Shown here one piece after another: positions 57,325 to 64,000 of a stretch of DNA of 64,000 nt. The translations under genes were made by a program, and so were the position numbers. This DNA is from Thiohalomonas denitrificans (GTDB taxonomy: Bacteria > Pseudomonadota > Gammaproteobacteria > Thiohalomonadales > Thiohalomonadaceae): the NCBI RefSeq assembly GCF_016841685.1, contig NZ_JAENYR010000010.1:3000-66999 (forward strand), given 5' to 3'. The stretch's first letter is position 1; every line of letters starts with the position of its first letter. Below the pieces are notes generated by a model. That model searched no databases. It worked only from the letters and a program-made list of their open reading frames with translations, and had not been told where the DNA came from.

Positions 57325-57434
57325 GCCATGCCTCCCGTTGATGTTCATTGGGTTAACGAGAGACTATAGTCGTGTGCGTCGGAGTTGCCAGCGAGACCGG
57401 CGGAAAGCAGCATCCTTGCTGCTGGTAGCTATCT

Positions 57435-60221
57435 TCAGCCGGTATTGCGCATGCCGGTGGCGATGGCGTTGATGGAACGGAGCAGGGGACCCAGCCAGGC
57501 TTCACGTTCTTCCTCACTCAGCGCTTCATTGCGGTAGCGCTTGAGCATGGTGATCTGGATGTGGTTCAGCGGATCCAGGTAGGGATTGCGACGCGAGAGA
57601 GAGAGTTGGAGCGTGGGTGTCTCGCCAAGCAGCTCTTTCAACTCGGCAACCGCCAGCACCCGTTTGAGGGTGAGGTCATATTCGCCGCGGATCCGCTCGT
57701 AGATATTCCGGGCGGTTTCCGGATGTCGGGCCAGTTCCAGGTATTCGCCGGCGATCCCCATATCCGCCTTGAACAGCGACATCTGGCTGTTGGAGAGCAG
57801 GGCGCGGAAGAATGGCCACTCATGGTACATGTGGCGCAGCTTTCCCATTCTCTCCGGATCATTTCCGAGCCATTTTTCGAGAGCCGTCCCGATGCCAAAC
57901 CAGGCAGGGAGGGTATGCCGGGACTGGGCCCAGCCGAACACCCAGGGAATGGCGCGAATCGAGTCTTTGGAGCGATCCTGCTTGCTTCGATGAGAGGGAC
58001 GGGAGCCGATTTTTAGCAGCCCGATTTCGCTGACGGGTGAGACTTCATAGAAATAGTCCAGGAAACCCTCGGTTCCGTCGGTCAAATCCCGGAAGGCATC
58101 CTCGCCCGCACGGGAGAGTTCGTGCATCACCTGATGGTATTCGGGCGCATCGGGCTCCGGCGGTTCGATAACGCAGCGACTCGCCTTGAACAGACCGGTT
58201 ACACCCATGGTCAATTCATAGACAGCGGTTTCGCTGTTGCTGTACTTGTTCGACAGGACTTCACCCTGTTCGGTGAACTTGATCTGCCCGTGGACGGTGC
58301 CGGCCGGCTGGGCGAGAATGGCCTCGTGAGTGGGACCGCCGCCGCGTCCGACGGTGCCGCCGCGGCCGTGGAACAGGCGGCACTGGACCTTGAACTCACC
58401 AGTGAGCCCGGTGACCTGCTGCTGGGCCTGGTAGAGATTCCAGGCGGAGGCGAGAATGCCGCCATCCTTGCAGGAATCGGAGTAACCCAACATCACTTCC
58501 TGGAGTTCGCCGGAGGCCTTGAGTAGCCCGCGGTAGGCCGGTATGGAAAGCAGACTGCGCATGACCGGCTCGATGTGCTCCAGGTCCTCAATGGTCTCGA
58601 ACAGCGGCGAGATACGGAGATTGCAAAACCATTCGTCTTCGGTTCGGCCCGCCAACCCGGCCAGGCTGGCCAGGAACATCACCTCGAGCACGTGACTGGC
58701 CGCATGGGTCATGGAGATGACGTAGGTACCGAACGCGTTCGGGCTCACCTCTTTTCGCATTTGCGCCATCACCCGGAAGACTTCCAGTGTCTCCATGGTC
58801 TCATCCGCAATGCTCTCGGGTAGCGGTAGCCGGTTTTCCCGGCCGATGAGATCGGCGAGCAGCTCCAGGCGCTCGGTTTCACTCAAACTGGAATAGTCTA
58901 CAGGCTGCATCTGCTTCGACAGCAGGTCGGCGACCGCTTCGGAGTGGCGCGTCGATTCCTGGCGGACGTCCAGATGCATCAGGTAGAAACCGAAGGTTTT
59001 CGCCAGGTGAATGACGTCCTTCAGTTGAGCGTTGGCGACCACCTCGTCGCCGTGACTGAGAAGTGAATCACGGATTTGATTCAGGTCCGCAATGAACTCC
59101 CGTTCGGAAGGGTAGGCATGCTCGGAGACCGGCGCTTCCGCATCCTCCATGCGTGCCTCAACGTTATGGAGATTCTGATAGAGGCGGAAGCGCATGATGT
59201 ACAGCTTGCGGCGGTACGGCTCATACAGAAATCGATCCGATTTGGCGCCGAAGGCAGAGTGTTCCTGTTCGTCCCGAGCCAGACCCTCGAGGAAGGCCTC
59301 GCTGGGCTCGCAGAGTAGTCGCGACTGGGTAAGCACATGCGAAAGCTCCGTGACCAAGCGGACGTATTCCCGCAGGATTTCACGCTGGTGCAGTCGCACG
59401 GCCATAGCCGTGGTTTCGGGCTTGACGTTGGGATTGCCATCGCGGTCGCCGCCGATCCAGGAGCCGAATTGCAGGAAATCGGGCACCCGGATGCCGGAGT
59501 CCGGTCCATAGGTACGGCGAATGGCCTTTTCCATGTTGCGGTAGACTTCCGGCACGGCGGCGAACAGGCTCTCGCGGAAATAAAACAGCCCGTTCTTGAT
59601 TTCGTCGCGTACCTGGGGTTTTTGAGTACGGACTTCGTCCGTCTTCCAGAGGATCTGGATCTCCGCCTGCAGATGGCGGGTAATGTTCAGCCGTTCTTCC
59701 TTGCCCAGGCGCGGGTCGTTCAGCTGTTCGCTAATCACGAAGGCTCGCCGCAGGTTTTCCATGACCGTGCGACGCTTGGCCTCGGTCGGATGAGCGGTGA
59801 ACACCGGGCTGTAGACGAGCCGGTCGAGCACCTTTTGCACCTGTGCCGGTTCGATACCCTGACTGTAAAACTCGCGCAGGACCCGATCAAACGAGCCGGT
59901 CCAGAGAGGTCCCCCGGTCCGCACCTGGCGGCGCCGTTCACGATGCTGAAAGGCCTCTTCAGCGATGTTGACGAGGCTGAAATAGAGGCTGAAGGCGCGC
60001 ACTACGTGTACGGCTGTATCAGCATCCAGCGCTTCGATGAGTCGCGTCAGCTGCTGACGCTTGCGCGCATTATCGGTTTTTCGCAGGCTGATGTAACCGC
60101 GTCGCAGCGTTTCGACGGCCTCGAGTACCTCGCTACCGGCTTGCTCCTGGAGCACCTTACCCAGAAGGTCTCCGAAAAGTCGTACACGGGCGCGTAATTG
60201 CTTGTCGCTCATGCCAGCCAT
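57435..60221 (-). CDS. ppc: Phosphoenolpyruvate carboxylase
   Basis: FTAHPTE, WIGGDRDGNP, QEVMLGYSDSCKDGG, FHGRGGTVGRGGGP, RAIPWVF, GMRNTG motifs. Confidence 0.97.
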   Translation of the reverse strand: MAGMSDKQLRARVRLFGDLLGKVLQEQAGSEVLEAVETLRRGYISLRKTDNARKRQQLTRLIEALDADTAVHVVRAFSLYFSLVNIAEEAFQHRERRRQVRTGGPLWTGSFDRVLREFYSQGIEPAQVQKVLDRLVYSPVFTAHPTEAKRRTVMENLRRAFVISEQLNDPRLGKEERLNITRHLQAEIQILWKTDEVRTQKPQVRDEIKNGLFYFRESLFAAVPEVYRNMEKAIRRTYGPDSGIRVPDFLQFGSWIGGDRDGNPNVKPETTAMAVRLHQREILREYVRLVTELSHVLTQSRLLCEPSEAFLEGLARDEQEHSAFGAKSDRFLYEPYRRKLYIMRFRLYQNLHNVEARMEDAEAPVSEHAYPSEREFIADLNQIRDSLLSHGDEVVANAQLKDVIHLAKTFGFYLMHLDVRQESTRHSEAVADLLSKQMQPVDYSSLSETERLELLADLIGRENRLPLPESIADETMETLEVFRVMAQMRKEVSPNAFGTYVISMTHAASHVLEVMFLASLAGLAGRTEDEWFCNLRISPLFETIEDLEHIEPVMRSLLSIPAYRGLLKASGELQEVMLGYSDSCKDGGILASAWNLYQAQQQVTGLTGEFKVQCRLFHGRGGTVGRGGGPTHEAILAQPAGTVHGQIKFTEQGEVLSNKYSNSETAVYELTMGVTGLFKASRCVIEPPEPDAPEYHQVMHELSRAGEDAFRDLTDGTEGFLDYFYEVSPVSEIGLLKIGSRPSHRSKQDRSKDSIRAIPWVFGWAQSRHTLPAWFGIGTALEKWLGNDPERMGKLRHMYHEWPFFRALLSNSQMSLFKADMGIAGEYLELARHPETARNIYERIRGEYDLTLKRVLAVAELKELLGETPTLQLSLSRRNPYLDPLNHIQITMLKRYRNEALSEEEREAWLGPLLRSINAIATGMRNTG

Positions 60222-60516
60222 TTGCCGTATTCCTCGTGCAAGCGATCGGATGGGGCGCTCAGCCCAAAAGCCGGCCATTATATCGTGAATCCGACAGAAA
60301 TGCCTGTCCGATCCAGGTTTGAATCCGGTTTGACCAGGGCTGCATACTTTGAAGCTCTGACGGTGTAAAGCTTTGTTCAGGCCATTGGCTGTAGGGATGG
60401 GGCCGTCGAAACCGGGATGTCTTCACGGCGCTTGATAGCAAGAACTTACATTTTGGCCGGAATGAAAACAGGTGGGGATGTATTTCCCGGAGTTTTGGTT
60501 CGGGCAGCGGGGTCGA

Positions 60517-62034
60517 TTACCTGTTCGCGCGCTGCAAAGCCGCATTTGATGCGGCACGACGGCCGCTCTTGATACCTTGGCCGCAGCGTTCGGCAGTGGC
60601 GGCTTCGTAGAGGTCCACATAGCGCGCTGCGCTGCGTTCCCAGCTCAGGTCCTGTGCCATCGCCGCGCGCATCATCTGTTCCCACGAATGGCGGTCGCGG
60701 AATAGCCGCAGGGCCCGCTCCAGGGCGGATAGCAGTGCTCCCTTGGTCGCCTGCTCAAAGACGAAGCCGGTAGCGGTCTTCTGCTGCAGTGTCGTTTTAT
60801 CGGCATCGATTACGGTATCGGCAAGTCCGCCGGTACTGCGGACGACCGGCAGCGTCCCGTAGCGCAGACTGTAAATCTGATTGAGGCCACAAGGTTCGAA
60901 ACGGGATGGCATTAAAAAAATGTCCGCCCCCGCCTCGACCCAGTGGGCCAGGGTTTCGTCATAACCGATGTGCACCCCCAATTGCTCGCCATGCCGTTCG
61001 GCAGCCGTCTGCAGGTGAGCTTCCAGCTTTTTATCGCCGGAACCGAGGACGATCAGCTGTACATCCCGCTTCAGAAGCTCGGGAAGCGCATCGACGATGA
61101 GGTCGATTCCTTTTTGGTCCACCAGCCGGCCTACCACTCCGAGCAGCGGAATCTCGGGGCGCTCAGGCAGACCGAATCGCTGCTGCAGGGCCCGCTTGTT
61201 GGCGGCCTTGCCCTCCAGGGCTTCCGGTGTGTAATGGTGAGGGATGAGCGGATCATGGGCGGGGTCCCAGACCTCGTAATCCACTCCATTGAGAATCCCG
61301 GTCAAGTGTTCGGCGCGGTGGCTGAGCAGGCCCTCCAGTCCATAACCGAACTCGGGCTGCTGGATCTCTTTGGCGTAGGTGGGGCTTACCGTGGTGACGC
61401 GGTCGGCATAGGCAATGCCGCCCTTGATAAAGGAGAGATCGCCATAGAACTCCAGTCCTTCGGGCGACCAGAGGTCCTTCGGCAGGTGCAGAGTGTCGAA
61501 TGCCTCGGGAGGAAAGACGCCCTGGTACGCCATGTTGTGAATGGTAAAGACAGTGGCCGGACGGTTGGATTCGCGGGATAGCAGCGCGGAGACCAGCCCG
61601 GTCTGCCAGTCGTTGCAGTGCACCACATCGGCCTTCCAGTTCTGGTTGGCGCGATCGGTGGCCAGCTCGACCACGGCGCGCGCAAAGCTCGCAAAGCGCA
61701 GGGCATTGTCCGGCCAGTCGTTTCCCGCAGGGTCGGTGTAGGGTCCGCCTGCACGGTCGTAGAGACTCGGGGCATCGACCAGCCACAGCGGAACACCGCT
61801 GTCGGGCATCTGCGCCGTCATGATCCGTCCCGGTTCGGGTATTCCCGGCAGCCCGATGCGGGCGACAATCTTCACACTCCCCGCCCGGTCCAGTACCCGG
61901 CGATAGGCCGGCAATACCAGTTTGACATCGTGTCCCAGGCGGTGGAGTGCGGCCGGAAGGCCGGCACTGACATCGCCAAGACCACCGGTTTTGACCAGAG
62001 GATGGACTTCGCTGGTTGCAAAAAGAATTTTCAT
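60517..62034 (-). CDS. glgA: Glycogen synthase
   Basis: KTGGLGDV, HCNDWQ, TIHNMAYQG, MPSRFEPCGL motifs. Confidence 0.96.
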   Translation of the reverse strand: MKILFATSEVHPLVKTGGLGDVSAGLPAALHRLGHDVKLVLPAYRRVLDRAGSVKIVARIGLPGIPEPGRIMTAQMPDSGVPLWLVDAPSLYDRAGGPYTDPAGNDWPDNALRFASFARAVVELATDRANQNWKADVVHCNDWQTGLVSALLSRESNRPATVFTIHNMAYQGVFPPEAFDTLHLPKDLWSPEGLEFYGDLSFIKGGIAYADRVTTVSPTYAKEIQQPEFGYGLEGLLSHRAEHLTGILNGVDYEVWDPAHDPLIPHHYTPEALEGKAANKRALQQRFGLPERPEIPLLGVVGRLVDQKGIDLIVDALPELLKRDVQLIVLGSGDKKLEAHLQTAAERHGEQLGVHIGYDETLAHWVEAGADIFLMPSRFEPCGLNQIYSLRYGTLPVVRSTGGLADTVIDADKTTLQQKTATGFVFEQATKGALLSALERALRLFRDRHSWEQMMRAAMAQDLSWERSAARYVDLYEAATAERCGQGIKSGRRAASNAALQRANR

Positions 62035-62131
62035 GTTGTTGTTCTTGTTACTGGAATTCGGACCTGTCTACTGCCGGCGAGCCCATGCAATCTTCTGTTG
62101 GGCCAGCTACAGTCTAGTAATCTGAAAATTT

Positions 62132-62261
62132 CACCGCAAAGGCGCAACATACGTCAAGCAACGGATTTCGACGGGGGTTGCGCCCGCTGTAATTCCGGTG
62201 TCGCGCGATTATCCCTCGATAACGCCGCTGAATTCTATGCGTTCTTGGCGCCTTTGCGGTG
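62132..62261. repeat. Family C inverted repeat copy
   Basis: Perfect 14-bp arms CACCGCAAAGGCGC / GCGCCTTTGCGGTG between the divergent glgA and gnd. Confidence 0.7.
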
Positions 62262-62315
62262 GGGTATAGGAAATTCGAGCTGATTCGGTCACAAATCTTA
62301 GCAGGGGAGCGGCGC

Positions 62316-63230
62316 ATGCGCATTGCGATCATTGGTTTGGGCAGGATGGGAGCCAATATGGCACGTCGCCTGGCGCGCCGGGACATCAAGGTCATCGGCT
62401 ATAATCGATCACCCGAGGTGGCTCATGAGCTCGCCCGGGAAGAGGAGAATATCAGCGCCGCTGATTCGGTGGCCAAGGCCATCGGTCATCTCTCGCCGCC
62501 GCGCGTCGTCTGGCTAATGCTGCCGGCCGGGGCTCCCACCGAGGATCACCTCCGCCAGGTTGCCGAGCGGTTGGAGCCCGGTGATCTCGTCGTCGATGGA
62601 GCAAACTCGAATTTCCACGACACCCGACGCCGCGGCGAGTGGCTGGGAGAGCGCTCGATCGGCTTTGTTGATGCCGGAACCTCCGGTGGTATCTGGGGCC
62701 TCGAAAACGGCTACTGCATGATGGTAGGCGGTGAAAAACGCTATGTGGAGCTCATCGAGCCGGCCTTGAAGGCGCTGGCGCCTGCGCCCGATCGCGGCTG
62801 GGCCCACGTGGGGCCGGTTGGTGCAGGTCACTACACGAAGATGATTCACAACGGCATTGAATATGGAATGATGCAGGCCCTGGCCGAGGGCTTGGCTCTG
62901 CTGCGCTCCCGGGATGAGTTCGGGATCGACCTGGCGCAGGTTTCCGAGGTGTGGCGCCACGGTTCCGTGGTGCAGAGCTGGTTACTCGACCTGACCGCGG
63001 ATGCGCTTGCCCGGGATCAGTCGCTGGAGGCGATTCAGCCGGTGGTGTCCGACTCCGGCGAGGGGCGCTGGACGGCCATCGAGGCAGTGGAACAGGGTGT
63101 TCCGGCACCGGTTATGACGCTGGCTCTGCAGATGCGCTTCGCCAGCCAGGACCAGGAGGGATATCCGGCCAGGCTGCTGTCGGTGATGCGCAACGCCTTC
63201 GGCGGGCATACCATCACCAAAGCCGAGTAA
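62316..63230 (+). CDS. gnd: 6-phosphogluconate dehydrogenase, short (YqeC-type)
   Basis: IGLGRMG, WLMLPAG, DAGTSGG, GHYTKMIHNGIEYG, MRNAFGGH motifs; about 304 aa. Confidence 0.95.
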   Translation: MRIAIIGLGRMGANMARRLARRDIKVIGYNRSPEVAHELAREEENISAADSVAKAIGHLSPPRVVWLMLPAGAPTEDHLRQVAERLEPGDLVVDGANSNFHDTRRRGEWLGERSIGFVDAGTSGGIWGLENGYCMMVGGEKRYVELIEPALKALAPAPDRGWAHVGPVGAGHYTKMIHNGIEYGMMQALAEGLALLRSRDEFGIDLAQVSEVWRHGSVVQSWLLDLTADALARDQSLEAIQPVVSDSGEGRWTAIEAVEQGVPAPVMTLALQMRFASQDQEGYPARLLSVMRNAFGGHTITKAE

Positions 63231-63281
63231 TCTGCGCTCTCGGCGCTTTGCGGTGGAGTTCTCTATCGAAAGGAGATTTTT

Positions 63282-64000
63282 TTGAACGAACCGTGCACCT
63301 TCGTGATTTTCGGGGCCACCGGCAATCTGGCCCAGAACAAGCTGCTGCCGGCCCTTTACCACCTGGAGGAGGCGGGACACCTTCCGGAGGAAATGGCCAT
63401 CGTCGGGTTTGGTCGACGCGAATGGAGTTCCGACGAGTGGCGCAAAGAGGTAAGCACAATCCTCAAGCCCCGGGCGCGACTGGGACTTCAACCCGGTATC
63501 TTCGAGCGTTTCAGTAGCCGTCTGCACTTTTTCCAGGGCGATCTCTCCGATGCGCAGGCCTACACCAGGTTGCGTAAAGCCCTGTTCGAGGAGATCCACT
63601 GTCCGGACAACCTGGTTTTCTACATGGCGATACGGCCGGCGGAGTTCGGGCTGGTCGCCCAGCACCTGGCGGATGTGGGGCTCAACAAAGAGGAAAATGG
63701 CTGGCGGCGCCTGGTTATCGAAAAGCCGTTTGGCTACGACCTGGAGAGTGCCCAAATCCTCGAAGAGCAACTCCACAAGAACTTTCATGAGGAGCAGCTG
63801 TTTCGTATCGATCACTATCTGGGCAAGGCGATGGTCCAGAACGTACTGGTCTTCCGGTTTGCCAACCTGATGATGGAGCCGCTCTGGAATCGCAATTTCA
63901 TCGATCACGTTCAGATCACGCACTCGGAGGCCCAGGGCATTCAGGGGCGTGCCGATTACTATGATACGTCGGGTGCACTGCGGGACATGCTACAGAGCCA
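63282..64000 (+). CDS. zwf: Glucose-6-phosphate 1-dehydrogenase, 3' partial (not in the supplied track)
   Basis: Hand translation from TTG 63282: [26 protein letters not shown]...IEKPFGYDL...FRIDHYLGK...RFAN...[14 protein letters not shown]. Confidence 0.95.
   Translation, partial: MNEPCTFVIFGATGNLAQNKLLPALYHLEEAGHLPEEMAIVGFGRREWSSDEWRKEVSTILKPRARLGLQPGIFERFSSRLHFFQGDLSDAQAYTRLRKALFEEIHCPDNLVFYMAIRPAEFGLVAQHLADVGLNKEENGWRRLVIEKPFGYDLESAQILEEQLHKNFHEEQLFRIDHYLGKAMVQNVLVFRFANLMMEPLWNRNFIDHVQITHSEAQGIQGRADYYDTSGALRDMLQS

Noticed and set aside
334-63923. Numerous long antisense or alternate-frame ORFs in the track (e.g. 40808-42355, 42833-44350, 51103-52554, 59337-60197)
   Set aside because: They are shadows of well-conserved genes, as expected from high-GC codon bias, and carry no domain motifs

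Overview
64 kb of chromosome from a roughly 60% GC gammaproteobacterium, almost certainly a sulfur-oxidising chemolithotroph. The housekeeping backbone comprises purC, parE/parC, minCDE, glyA-nrdR-ribDEBH-nusB-thiL-pgpA, xseB-ispA-dxs-queD-folE2, tRNA-Glu(CUC), pcnB-folK-dNK-panBCD, ppc, glgA and gnd-zwf. It is interleaved with three sulfur loci. (1) A lower-GC module at 8.3-15.4 kb: ECF sigma, zinc anti-sigma, periplasmic sensor, then porin, cytochrome c', soxYZ, soxXA. An identical ECF-type promoter (GGAAC-N16-CGTT) precedes both the sigma gene and the porin. (2) A host-like soxXYZA operon next to a SulP transporter. (3) rhd-tusA-dsrE2 followed by a FadL-type channel and a DUF302-like periplasmic protein. 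The two outer-membrane channel genes share an exact upstream palindrome, TTATATT-N2-AATATAA. Other accessory items: a GlyGly-CTERM subtilase with a stand-alone paralog of its own propeptide, a GH100 invertase, a degenerate AsnB-like protein, an adenylate cyclase/TPR-lipoprotein pair, and at least four families of intergenic MITE/REP-like repeats. No CRISPR array, prophage, integrase or transposase was seen. Product calls come from motif recognition only; no database searches were run.
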